A DNA stretch of 64,000 bases from Cycas panzhihuaensis (lineage: Eukaryota; Plantae; Cycadophyta), in assembly GCA_023213395.1 (NCBI GenBank), contig CM041465.1, positions 95,239,741 to 95,303,740 of the forward strand, written 5' to 3'. The position numbers were made by a program, and so were the translations under genes. Below are positions 14,215 to 27,586 of this stretch, in pieces. The first letter of the stretch is position 1; every line of letters starts with the position of its first letter. The notes under the pieces were generated by a model. The model saw only the letters and a list, made by a program, of their open reading frames with translations. It searched no databases and was not told the DNA's origin.

Positions 14215-15680
14215 GTTTGAATGAGCTAGTAAGTTTGAATATACATAATGAAGGGAAGATCAATGAAGATAGTTACACTAATTTAGGGTCTTTGTTAAGC
14301 TTAACATTAATTATTAGGATGAATAAGGTGTAGGAAAAAAGTCTGCAAGATAGAAGTATATGCGATAGAAGGCAACATGCTACATTATTTATATGAATGA
14401 ATGATTAAGTAGACAATTTTTATATAAACACCTACAATCTAGTATTCTCTTTAAAGCACTTCCCTATAGAAGGACATCATTCTAAAGAATTTCTCAAAAA
14501 GATGGAGTTTAGAAGAAATTTTTTTATAGGATTAAGGTTTATAAGAGAGCAATTTATGGGGAGGATAATTCATAAGAGTTGTTCTATAAAAAAGATAGAT
14601 AAAAAAGAGATATCCCACATAGAAATTTTTATACATGTGGCTTCCCACATAAAAGACTAGAATAAAAAATGACTTTATGGGATACATGTATACAAGTTTA
14701 CATTTTTATAATTATGAAGTTCCATAAGATGGGATTGAATACCCATAAAGTAAAACACCTGTAGAATAGGATTACTACAAGTATATAAGGTCAAATGAGA
14801 TTTAATTTAGACCATTGATTAAGTGAGTGCCATTAAATTATAAACATAAATTTGTAGTGTTGATTACAGTTAAATCCTAATGGTTTATTTTGATAATATA
14901 TCACTAACATAATTGAAATAAGAATGAATATGATTTGACACACATCTTATAAGAAATAAACACATGATGGAAAGATTATTGAATCAAAGATTAGCCATAA
15001 TATGAATTCTAATTCACATAATACATATTATAAGCAAATTTAATTAATATAAGATAAATCTAAGAGAGGGCATAATTGCATAGAATATGAAATATGAAGG
15101 TGAAAATATTGATGATATGAACCACAAAGATTTACAGAGGTAGAATTTGATTAAATCTATAGATGATAACGGAGAGTTGATAAGATCTAATTCATTGTTG
15201 ATATTGCAGTGACATTGAAAGCTACAACTAGTAAATAGTTTATAGTAGAGTAATTAATTAATAATTAATTATAAAAAATTAGATTAACTCAAATTTAGGT
15301 AGTACCTAATGTAAAGATATTCTCTTACCCAAAATTATAGGCCCTAGTTTATAAGGTTTGGTGGAACAAATTTGAATATATACAAGATATTTTCCATGGA
15401 AGTAAAGCTAGAAATAAGTAGTAGAGGTGATTAAGGTGAAAGAAAGAGGAGACAAAGGTTAATGAAGTGTATTTTCATAAATTTTATCCACATAGGACTA
15501 AAATATGACAGGATATTAAGTTATGTGTGTATACCTAATAAATACATCAACATTAACCATTAGGCAATCAATTGTTAAAGTAAGGTTAATACAACCATTA
15601 TAACCATCTCAACGATAGTACTAAAGAATGGAGTTTATATAACTATTATAATCATCTCAATAGTAGTACTAAAGAATGAA
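14215..15680 (+). repeat. Direct repeat B, copy 1 (~1.4 kb)
   Basis: Collinear with 19760-21150 (atga-ctagtaagtttgaatatacataatgaag...; ggacaaaggttaatgaagtgtattttcat). Confidence 0.9.
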
Positions 15681-15779
15681 TCATAATGGCTATACTCAAA
15701 GAGGAAATTTATAAAAAGGAAGAGGAAGACAATGGCAGGATTTCTTTGAAGATAGATATTTTTTTTTTTAGAGGAAGAC

Positions 15780-16815
15780 AATGGCAGAATTTATAAGTTT
15801 ATTTTATTATGTTCTTATCTATAGCTATTCTAATTGGCTTGTGTTGTAAATACAAAACATTTTTTTTTTAAATTCTTCTATTATCTTTACCATTCCTTAA
15901 ATATTCTCAATGGTTGTATGTAATTGTGCAAAATACTTTTTAGTAAGCATGTTTTAGCTACTAAAGATTTCATAAGGTCTTATCATATTAGTTTGTATTA
16001 GGAAGTTATTCTAGATAGAAATTTATGCTCAACTATATCTTTATAATAAAAGTATCAATGCTCCATTCTTATATCATTATAATGTAGTTTCTCTAGGAAT
16101 AAATAAAATATCTTCATTTATTCTTCAATCCATTATGAAGTTATTAGGTGGTTTGATAGTGGATGGGTTATTTTACTTAAGAACTTGAGATAAATTATAC
16201 ATTTAAGTTACTATATTACATGTTCTTTTTAATAGTCTCCCTAAAAAACATTGTTGAAAGTCATGTGAATGTATTCTAAGAAGTGTTAGGTTACATATGT
16301 TACTTGATCTTGGTTTGTTGAGGGTATAAAATCACACTTTTCATTCTATTTATTTATGTTAGTGAAAGATTTTGTGAGAGGCTAGTAACTATGATTGCAA
16401 GTAAGTTGGCTATGATATCATCACTTTTGTTTCTTTTCCTTTTGTTGTTCCTTATATGTGTTGGTGTTAATAAGAGATTTTATGAAGAGCTAGTATTTTT
16501 TACCATAAATTAATCTATCACAGTGCGATTCTTTTTGCATTTGGATTATCATTTTACTAGAGATCTTTGCCTACTAGCTAGTCTTAGGCAAATCAAGACA
16601 TTGATATATAATATAGTTAGATTCATGCAATAGATAGAAATAGTGGAGGGTTAAACTTATTTCTAATAAATTAACTTCATAAGGGTCATTATACCTAATT
16701 ACTAGTATAATATACTTTAGAGTTCTATACTTTCTTTATGTTGAGCCTTTGAACACGCAAACTAATAATCCAAAAGGTAACTTGAATAGAGTGTAAGAAA
16801 TAATTTAAGTAGCAA
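15780..16815 (-). repeat. Dispersed repeat C, copy 2
   Basis: Collinear with 41950-43015. The minus-strand frame reads KLPFGLLVCVFK...RYNDPYEVN with stops. Confidence 0.85.
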
Positions 16816-17129
16816 CCAAAAATTAGTAGCTATATTAGGGATGAAACAATCTAATTAAATTTCAATTTAAGTATCCATGTATATATTATTTTATTTTTTG
16901 TATAGACATTTTTTTAAAATTCTACTCTTTTGGAAATAAAGGATTAGATCAATAAACTAGGAGGCCTATTAATAATCTCAGGATGGTTGAAGAGGTATAC
17001 AAAGAAAAATTCTATTCAGACTAAGAATATTTAGAGCAAAACATTTTAGCATATTATAGAGACATTCTTCCCTAGATTCACAACAATCTTTTAGATCTTA
17101 GAGGTCAGTAACATGAGCTATTTAACAAG

Positions 17130-17620
17130 GCCCTAGAGGTCTATCCTAAGTTTAGTGGAGACATGATGATTATATTAGAACATGTAAAAATATTTTCTAT
17201 CACATGTAACTTGCTTAGAATCATTGAGCCTAATTTAGCCATTAGATTGTATGTTTATTCATTAATTGAAAATGCATCTACCTAAGCTTTATTCATTGCC
17301 CTATTCTTCCATAAGAAATTAGGAGGTTTCAATGTATGCATTCAAAACTAAATATGCTAGTAAGAAGACTCTTATTACACTCACATAAGCATTATACATA
17401 ATAAGGAAAGGAGTTAGATAAAGCACCACATATAATATTAAGTGATTTAAGAAATATCTAAATCAATCTAATGCCAAATACATACTTGCATAAGACATTC
17501 TAATCGAATGGTTTTTGAATGGTCTTGATCTTGAACCCATAATGATGATGATTTTCAAAGAACTAAATAGTCCCCAAGTTGCTAAAGTAATTGCTATAAA
17601 CCTTGAAGTAGTGATGGAGA
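17130..17620 (+). pseudogene. Tat-type gag relic
   Basis: EVYPKFSGDMMIILEHVKIFSITCNLLRIIEPNLAIRLYVYSL resembles PEVPKFDG...PTEHVRSFSMVC...ILMKLFLRSL in the gag of the central Tat element. Confidence 0.75.
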
Positions 17621-18344
17621 GATAAGGAATAAATTCTTTTCTTTCTTAAACAAATCTAAGAGAGGAGAATCCTTCACTAAATTCACATGTAGGGGAAAAT
17701 AATTTAGACACAATCAAAAGGCTAAATGAGAAGTTGTATTATTAAATGAGTAATGCACATAATTTGAATTGTTACTAGACTACATTAAGATTATGATTAA
17801 GACTTTAATACTAGACCATGTAAATCATTGGAAGATTTATGAAAATGATAAGCAAATCTTTCCCTTTATTCAAGAGCAAGAGGAATTTGTAGACATAGTA
17901 ACTACTACTAAAGAAACTCATGTAAGTGAAGCAGTTAATGATATGATTTTAAATAAAGATCATGTATAGTTTGAATCTAATAAAATCCCTAAAAGGATGA
18001 TGATTTGTAGCCATTAGTTGATTCTAATGATGTAATTAAATAAAGAAGCTAGTCCCTTAGCCAACAAAGGGTTATTATTAAATTTCTTAAGAGATCTATT
18101 TTTTTTTTCAAAGTAACCCAAGATAATATTTCAGTTACAACCATCATATAATTGATGCATTCTCCATCAATAATAATTTTAAGACCTGTAATAAACAATA
18201 AGATAATGAAAATGCTATCCTCATAGAAATCATGGAAGATCTAATCGATTTGGGAATATGCACAATTTAGACTCAAGTTGAAACTAATGATCAATTATTC
18301 ATAGAAGAATTAGAATATTAAATAAATTTAGAAGGATAAATTCA

Positions 18345-18720
18345 ATGTAGGAGATGTAATTTGTTGGAGTAAAATCTAAAAAAGGAATAAGAGTTAGTAT
18401 CATGCTATAATCCTCTAATGGTGAGTGTTTTCCTTATGCATTTAATCTAACATTTGAGAATAATAATGGTGTAGCTAAATATGAAATTTCAATCCTTAGA
18501 CTTCAAAAGGATTTGTATTTATAAGTTAGGTTATTATAAATCTAAAGATATTCAAAACTAATTATAAATCAAATTACAAATATTAGTTCCATTGAATATA
18601 ACTAGTTAAAAGGGTATAGGTAGAAGATTTATAATATCTCATAACAATTTGAAACAATTGTAGTGGAATATATTCCTATGGAGGATAATCAATTAGATGA
18701 ATCCCTTGTAATGATAGCCT
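18345..18720 (+). pseudogene. Degenerate archaeal-type RNase H (aRH) of an old Tat element
   Basis: *EM*FVGVKSKKG...YAFNLTFENNNGVAKYE...RYSKLIINQI...EYIPMEDNQLDESLVMIA matches the W.M.FDG / TNN.AEYE / GDS.LII.Q / HIPR..N..AD.LA pattern, with decay. Confidence 0.8.
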
Positions 18721-19759
18721 CTTTTCTTAATGTAACTCATGGTGCTATGTATAAATCAAATTTTATTTAGTTGATCACCAGATCCATAATGCTAGATAAA
18801 GTAAATCAATGGCAAACTTGTAAAAAAGATGAGCTTATCTTTCCTTTCATGCAAGAAAATGAGGATTATATTGATATTATGACTATCAATGAGGAGTTTA
18901 TAGGCTATAAAATTGTCATTGAAGGAGATTAGGCATCAAAGAAAGTTTTAAGTGCAATCTTAAAAGAAAACTCAATTTAGCTAAAATTAATTAAAATTCT
19001 AAAGGGCACAAATTATTTGGATCCATGGTTTAAGTCCAATGATATATCAAATACTAAAATAATTCAATAGGAACCTTTAGAAATGATGATTCAAAAATTG
19101 GATCTATTGGTCTAACCACTAAAGTTGGTAAAGGAACAAGCTTTTTGTAAGTTAGCAAGTAGTCTAACATATAAATCTCTATAGATTGAAGGAAAACAAG
19201 ATGAATAGGGAATATCAGCAGCTGATTTGTATCTACTTCAAGGAGTTTATAATCTTGAACAATCACACCCTTACTTACATTATATGATTCTATACTTAAA
19301 GAGTGATTTTTCTCCTAAGTTATGTGATGAAAAGAAAAGGTAGTTTTTAAATTTAAGATCTAAACTTGAGATTTTGATTGAAGGATTCTTATATAAAAAG
19401 ATATATTGCCCATATTTGTTCATACATGGAAAGGAAATTTTCATGCCTCATGTGTTTTGTAGTTGGTAGTTTTTGAAGAGTATATTTCAAATCATGGATT
19501 ATTTTTATAAACTTAGGGGTGTAGATGGAAGAGTGCTATCAATCTTTGTTGATGAGCCATATTTTCACTTCATTTTAGTCATGTCATATATATAATGAAT
19601 TAAATCAAAATAAGAAGTTACTTCAAACCACTTGTTGGGGGATGATCTAAAGTAAGGAGTCTGATTTTACCCCTTTAAAGTTTAACACTAATGATTTCAA
19701 GACTACATGTTGATAATAATGAAGTAAGAAATATACGTAGAAGTCATTTTTTATAAGGA

Positions 19760-21150
19760 ATATATGAACTAGTAAGTTTGAATATACATAATGAAGAGAA
19801 GATTAATGAATATAGTTACATTGACATGGGTCCTTTCTTAATCATAACATTGATTATTAGGATGAGTAAGGTGTAAGACAAAATGTTATAGGATACATTA
19901 TTTATGGGAATGAAGGATTAAATAAGATAAGTTTTATATAAACACTCACAATATAGTCTTCCCATAAAAGCATTTCCCCATGGAAGGATATTGTTATAAA
20001 GTATTTCTTAAATAGATGGAGTTTTATAGGAAATTTTTTTATGGGATTGATATTTTTAGGAGAATAATTTATAGGGAGGATGATTAACAAGAGTTGCCCT
20101 AAATTGAAGACAAATAAGAAAGAGATGTCCCATGTAGAATTTTCTATATGAGTGGCTTCCCATATAAAAGGCTATCATAAAATGAAAACATTGTGGGATA
20201 CATATATATGATTTTATATTTTTATAATTATAAAGCTCTATAAAAGGGGATTAAATACTTATAAAGTGAAACACTCATGGAATAGGATCCCCACAAGTAT
20301 ATAAGGTTGAATTAGACTTATTCTAGACCATTAATCAAGTGAGCACCATTAAATTATAAACACTAATCTTTAACACTGATTATAATTAAATCCTATTGGT
20401 TCATTTCAATGGAATATCACTAACATCATTGATATTAGAATAAATATGATTTGACATACAACTTGTAAGAAGCAAGCACATGATGGTGAGGTTATTGAAT
20501 CATAGATTGGCCATGATACACATTTTAATTCACATAATGCATGTCATAAGTATATTTAATTAATATAAAGTAAAGCTAGGATAGGGGGTAATTGCATAGA
20601 ATATGAAGTATGAAGGTGGAAGTGCTAATGATATGAATCATAGAGATTTTCATAGGTAGAATTTGATCAAGTCTACATATGATAATAAAGGATTGATAAG
20701 ATGCAATTTATCATGGATATTATGGTGAGCCTAAAATGTGTAATTAGAAAAGAGTTTATAATAGAGTAGCAAATTAATAATCAATTGTAGAAAATTAGAT
20801 TATATAAATTAAGTTAGTGCCTAATGTAAGGATGTTCTTTTATCTAGAATTATCGAGTAGAGGTTGTAATGTTTGGCATAGTAGAGTTAAACACACACAA
20901 GACATATGCCATAGAAGTAAAGCTAGAAAAAAGTGATGGCTACAATGAAGGTGAGATAAGGGTGGGACAAAGGTTAATGAAGTGTATTTTCATCAATTCT
21001 ACCCTCATATAACTAAAAGATAATAGGCTATCAAGTTATCTATGTATACCTAATAAAGACATCAACATTGATAGTTAGGCAATTAATTGCTAAAGTAGGG
21101 TTAATATAACTATTATAACCATCTCAATGATAATACTACATAATGAATAA
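19760..21150 (+). repeat. Direct repeat B, copy 2
   Basis: Collinear with 14215-15680. Confidence 0.9.
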
Positions 21151-23609
21151 TAATTCCTAGACTTATCATAGACTTTCCTCTTTAAATGATAAACTATCAT
21201 GGTCTAATCCAACTCATAACTTAGCCTTAATGAAAATTCACCAAAATGTTTCTAAGTAGATGAACACCTAATTGTCTATATGACTTGAATTTAGAAAGGC
21301 TTTTATATGTTATTTGTGTTAGAAAATATATGATAGGCCTAAGATTATACAAGATCCCTAATACTACATGAAGAGAAATACACATACCCAAGATCAAGAC
21401 TATGAATTATAAAGCCATATAAGTGAACAAATAGAGAACAAATATATACAAACATATAACATAATATACTTGTAGGAAATTATCACTTCTAAATTATATT
21501 ATAACAAACCAATATATATTTATAATACACACCACCTCATAGCTATCTAATCATATTTCAAGATCCATTTGATGAAATAATAACCTTTTACATAAAGAAG
21601 TGTCTATATTATGACCTACTAGTGCATATCAAAGGGGTAATTATATTAATTTAATATTCCCATGGGTTTAACATTATCCAATATTCCCCCCTTAATATTT
21701 AACCATGTTATATATCTACTTTAAACATGATGATGGATTTATATAAAATCTAAACATCTATTAGAGCATATACCCACAAGTCTTCTAAAATGACCTTTGC
21801 ATAAAAAAATTACTAATAAGCATTCAATGGTGAAGTGAAAAAACTAGCTAAAACTATGTGGAGGAGAATGAGAAATAATGCTTAGTTAATAAACATGATG
21901 AAGTAGCATCTAGTTATGATATAGGTCCTTGTATGATATATGATGGTGGTCGCTGACATGAAGTGCTAAGTTGTAGAAATAAAGGAAAAAGTTGTAGATG
22001 TTAGTAACCTGTACCATTTTGCATAGTGTTGAAGTTGTTCATGGATGAAGTAGAAGCAACTATAAGAGAGGAAGAAAATACAACCATGTGAATGGAAGAA
22101 GAGACACCCAAATCTTATATAGAGTAGATGACTGCCCATGGTGAAAAGGCTATTTGTAGGGTTTAAATGCTTTCCATTGATGATGCATATAATTTGTAGA
22201 AGAGAAAATAATTATAGTTATTGATGAAAGATTTGACCACCATAATGATGAAGAAGAGTATAAAGGATAAAGGTGCCCAACCATAAATGAATAACATTAG
22301 TAAAGGAAGGAGATTTATCCATAAAGAGGAGGGAATACCTATAGATATCTAACTAGGGAAAAGGAAGCCACCATACATCCACATGGAAGGAAAGCATAGT
22401 TGTAGCTAAAGGAGGGAATTTATTTTAATGTTAATGGGCAATTTATTTTTATGTGCTCCATCACTATGAATGGTGCTTCTCCATTCATTCCTCTATTATT
22501 ATAAGTTTGTTTGCAAAGTAATGTAGGATGACTTATATAGAATGGGTGATGTGAATATAATGAATGCATTAAATAAAATGCTCCACATTTAATGATATTA
22601 TAAAACTTCTAAAAATCTATTGGCTCTTCCAAAGATTTGCCTATTAGTCTTCTATAATAAGTTAATTCCATACTTTTAGATTTGATTCTCAAGTATTTCC
22701 ATTTCTATTAACCATTGGGATATCTAATAAAGAACAAAAAATATTTAATGAAAAGGTTTTGTGAATTGATTTTATCAACAGACAACCTTAAAATGAAACC
22801 CTTGGTTGATCTTATAACTTGAGTGCTTATAGGATTGATTGAAGAAAAATAATCTGAGAATTTATTCTTTCTTTTGTTAAATGATCTCACTAAGGGAGAG
22901 AATCTTGATTCTTAAACCAACCATATGCATAGAAAAGAAAGTAGTTGTGAGAGAAATATTTACAATAAGCATGATTGAAGTTTACTTATATGTTTTGGTA
23001 GCCTCTCTTGAGCACATAGTACGAGAATCCTACTATTAAAAAAATAACCTATACACAGGTGAAATTGAAGCTAAGATAATTTTTAAAGTTATGAATCAAA
23101 TTTAATTAGATTAGAATCTATTTTGAAATCTACAAACACCAAATTAGATAGGGTGGATTTTTTTTTTTTTGTAAGTTTAAAACTAAATTTAACCAGATTT
23201 GATATATTTTAAAGCCTACTATCAACTTAGAATTTTAGCCCTTGATCATATGCAATGATCAAATAAGCAGGTGCTACAGTGAAAAAGGTGCTTAAGCCCT
23301 CTATCCTTCAATTTCATTATTTTTAGAAAAGGTATTTGTATATTTTCTCTCATAACCTTTCATCCAAGAGCTTGATTTACAAATTATATGAACCAATGGG
23401 ATCATGATTTAGAAATGAAGAATTTGAGCTATGTTTTGAAGTATTTTGGTGTTGATTTGATTAAGTTATTTTAGTTTGAAATGGATGCACAAGAATCTAT
23501 GTGATGTATACTTGAGCAACTTATACTTATAGCCATGGAGGTTAATGTCATAATTATATTTGTACTTAAAAAGAATTAGTATTACTTTAAAGACTTTCTC
23601 TTCCCTATA

Positions 23610-23890
23610 CCTAAGTACATAGGAACAAACTATCATTGTTGGGTAGACAAAATAAAAAGTGTATTCATATATAAAAGGTTATGGGAAATTATTATTGATG
23701 GATATGATGTTCCTATTGATGAAGAAGGAAAAGAAAAACTTAAGGAGAATGATAATATAATAATAATAATAATTATTTTTTCCATATTAAATGAAGATAA
23801 ACTTCCTTCTTCCTATCATTTTCTCATTCTCGTAGTTCACCATGCTAGTAATGCCAAAGAAACCTAAAACATTTTGAAGAATACATCAAA
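23610..23890 (+). pseudogene. Copia gag N-terminal relic (DUF4219/UBN2-like), antisense to its host element
   Basis: PKYIGTNYHCWVDKIKSVFIYKRLWEIIIDGYDVP...NAKET*NIL matches the copia gag pattern NY..W..KM...L...LW..V..G / AK..W..L. It is followed by an acidic 120-aa ORF (23937-24299). Confidence 0.75.
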
Positions 23891-24635
23891 AGAGACTCCT
23901 AAGGAGATATAATGAGTTGTTAAAAAAGTAGTTAAAATGGTAAATAAGATTTTTGATGATTATGATATAAGTGATGATGATAATAGCACTTTTAATGAGG
24001 TTATTAATGAATATGTAGCTAACTATGAAGACTTTATTATTGAAGAATTTCTAGCTAGATATGAAGAAACCTTTGTTATTGAAGAACTTGCTATAGGCAC
24101 TAAAGATTCTACTCAAAAAGTTGAAGAAGTTCTTATAAGATATATTGGTCAAGAAGAAGAGTTTATACAGAATACTAATGCTTATTTTATAAATGATCCT
24201 AATGGTGTTGATTCTTCTATTAATGTTTTCCCTTTAATTTCTGATATTGATTCAATTGATACTAATTATTCATATATTGAGAAAAACGAAGACAAATAGG
24301 CTGTGATTAAAGTTATGATTGAAGATATAATTGATGTAAATTTTAAATTTCAAAATGTTGCTAGTATTCATGAAGATGATTACCTATAGAATTACCTACA
24401 GGATCTACATCATAATCAAATTAGACCAACTATGATTTACAATATTTTTCATATGGTGAAGAATCTATATTTACACACCAGAATAAAGAATATAAAGTTC
24501 AAGGATCATTACTATTAAGAGATACTACAACAAATACATCATTATAAGATTGATCATGATATTATATATTTTCTATTAAATAATTCAATAGGACCAATGG
24601 ATATCCTTAAGATGCTTATCAACGGGGTAGCATGC

Positions 24636-27188
24636 TGAAACGCTCGCTACGGGGCGGTGATCCTACGTCTAGCAAAGGGATATAAAAGGGCACTATGCTA
24701 ACTAAGCTAGGCCGTGAGGATCTCACCTCGTAGGACGTCCGTGCACCGGAGCACAGGTTTGGGACTGCAAGGTGCCTAGTTGCTTCCAGGTAGCCATGCA
24801 AAAACAAGGCCTTCCTACCCTTCGGATGGCCGGGAAGGAAAGGAAACGCCTTGCGCATTACGTCTTCTTAAGGCAATGAGAAGGCAACAAAGATAGGGGC
24901 AACTAATCCAATATGCAAGCAGATATGGTGAAAGGTGCAACAAAAGGGTGGCTCGAGTATGATACAAATAGGCTATCTATGCTATGCTATGTAAAGCAGG
25001 AAATAATGCAAAAGACGAATGTTTTCCCCTTTTATCCTTTATGTTCTTTTAACTTTTCTTATCTATTCAGACAAATGCATGAAAAAAGAAATAGCATAAA
25101 AGGAAACACGCGGGAAGCGAGGGGAATACCTGGATCCAGCATTTGAGTGGAGGTGTGGCTTGTCTCTCTAAGTTCCACTCCTTCTTTCTCCTTTCCCTGC
25201 GCATGCAAGGCCGATTGACGGTGGTAGAGGGGTCCACTTACCTCCCCTTGAGCATGCCAAACTAGATGAAATGAAAGGAACTGAAAAGAAGCTTGAAACT
25301 AAGAAAGAGGAGTACCATGCGGGAGCTAACCGGTAATGGGCTCGTCTCACGTATCACTCCGCCAACGCGATCCTACAAACAAGTAAGAAAGGCACCTTCC
25401 TCTCCGAAGGGAGGCCGCAAGATCTACTAAGAAATATATGTATATGTATGAACTGAAATCAACGGAAACTAAGATCTGAACTATGCATCAGAATGTAGCA
25501 AAATGAAATAAAAGCATATGAGAAACACTCACACTACCATATACCATAAAAACATACGAACTGGAACTGAGTATAGCCTCAGGATGGCTAACTCACCCAC
25601 CGGAGGTCCCCACGGAGTTCGGGAAGGAAACACCAGTTGGCAACAAGATGGAGGCGGGTTATCTTAGGCCGGTCGGGATGCCCTGACTAAATCCCCTAAA
25701 CTTCCTTAGCCCGTTCCTTAGGAAAGTGTGAGTGGCAAAGGGAAGAGGATAAGGGACAGAACCCTTGGGGAGAAGGACAGTAATGGGGGATGGAACCCTG
25801 CCTACCTCCCTCAAATCCTCGTGTACACCTTTACACCGGCTAACTAAGGAAAGAGTGAAAGAGAGCTTAGAGAAAATAGAGGGGCTCCAAAGAAGCACCA
25901 GGAAAGTACCTCTAGTCTAGAATAACACTATGGGAGAGTTGTGGCTAATTAGGATTACATTCATTTAGAAGCAAAAGAAATAAAACTAACAGAAAAAAGA
26001 AAGAAATGAACTATTTGCAAGTAAAGACAAGAAGTTGCAAATAAAAACCAAGAGGTTGCAAGTAAGAACCAAGAAGTTGCAAGTAAAAACCAAGAAGTTG
26101 CAAGTAAAAACCAAGAAGTACCTTGTATAGGGAGATTAAGCATGCACTTTCCCACTTGGAACAGCAGTAATAGATAACAAACAGAGGCTAGTTGTGAGTA
26201 GTTCTTGCAAGGGTATGGCTGAAGGAAGCTGCTTGTAAGTTTAGAGCTTTGGAGTTGACCCTTGAGACAGCTTTTTGGGTGAAGAAGACCCTTGAATCCT
26301 TGAGCACCTGCAGAAAGAATGGAGCTGGCTATGGAAAGCAGTAAGGGGCAGCAATGGCCCTACAAAATCCAACTGATGGCAGCCCACTTCACCTTCTCCA
26401 GTTACTGTGTATGAAGTTTTTTGTTTCTGTGTATTTTTTCTATGTAAAGTCTTTAAAATTCTTCTTGGGAGTTTGAAAAATGAGCAAAAAGTCCTGAAAC
26501 AATGGGAGGAAAATTCCCTTTATCCTCTGTTCACAGTAGGTGAATGTTGGGGATGTCAGGGCATCTCCAATCGAACGAAGCCACGTGGCAGTTTCGCGAA
26601 AAAAGCGGAAACTGTCGCGTGGTTCTCTTTTTTTAAATTTCAAACAGTCGTACTGCGGCAAACTCTGCGGTACCGCTAAGTTTACCACGGTATCAGCCTG
26701 GAATTAAAAAAAAAGAAAAATAAACAGAAAAATTAGGTTTTGAGGAAAAAACAAAGGCTAAACATGAGTTAGAGCAGCTGAGGGAATGCCCAGGCAGTGG
26801 GCAAGTACCCAAAACAATGCAAGGAGTCCTAACTAAGGCTTAAATCAGACTTAGGAAGGACTGCAACATAAGCAACATGTTGCAACAAGAGCAAATAAGA
26901 TTGATGGAAACATCTTAGAGGACCGTGGGGACACCGTGGGTGGCTGTGCGCCATACGGGGTATAGCATTTACTGAGGAATACCCCCGCTGTGAGTCGTCA
27001 TAGGCTGAAGGCATGCCGTAGGCATATGCATAATGAACAAGTAGAAAAGCAATGTGTGCAGGCAGGCATATGTCAAACAACCTACTCTAAATAACCTTAA
27101 TCAAACCAAGGCAAGAAAAGTAAGAGAATATACCTGAACAAACACAAGGCCGATGTGTCTCGAGTCCATTCCTAGTAGCTGGGAAACA
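24636..27188 (-). repeat. 3' LTR of the Tat element (2553 bp)
   Basis: Direct repeat of 35986-38536. Minus strand reads TGTTTCCC...GTTTCA. Confidence 0.97.
26015..26119. repeat. 21-bp tandem repeat (~5 units) inside the LTR; also at ~37363-37467
   Basis: Units GTAAAAACCAAGAAGTTGCAA. These explain the repetitive LATSWFL ORFs in the track. Confidence 0.92.
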
Positions 27189-27200
27189 CTGCCCCCTTGG
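27189..27200 (-). promoter_or_regulatory. Polypurine tract of the Tat element
   Basis: CCAAGGGGGCAG on minus, abutting the TG of the 3' LTR. Confidence 0.85.
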
Positions 27201-27270
27201 CAGCAGAGCCTCACTGCTCGGAAGCGTAATGTGATGGCAAATGCTGACAATCAAAAGTATGAGTAGCACA

Positions 27271-27273
<3 letters not shown>

Positions 27274-27327
<54 letters not shown>
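27274..27327. repeat. (TA)n microsatellite in the Tat 3' region, downstream of the aRH ORF
   Basis: Directly visible. Confidence 0.97.
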
Positions 27328-27330
<3 letters not shown>

Positions 27331-27586
27331 CAATAAAGAGCAGCACGTGGACCAAGGGTGTAAGCAAGTGTCGTGGTAGAACGCGTGGACAAGGGAGACG
27401 GAGACAAGGACAACGTAGGGGCTGCCTACGCGTCATCTAACATCGACCTGTAACTGGAATGAGCAAGTGAAAGGGGATGCCCCCATTATCGAAGTGCAAC
27501 GCGAAGTAGGAAGGCATTTAACAAATAGAGCAAGCAATCTAACTAACAGCAACCGGAGACTTGGGCACGGGCTGGCCAGGCAAGCC

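Noticed and set aside
26015-26119. Regular repeats resembling a CRISPR array or repeat protein (LATSWFL ORFs at 25961-26155 and 37309-37518)
   Set aside because: Head-to-tail 21-bp units with no unique spacers, inside both LTRs. The ORFs are by-products of the repeat.
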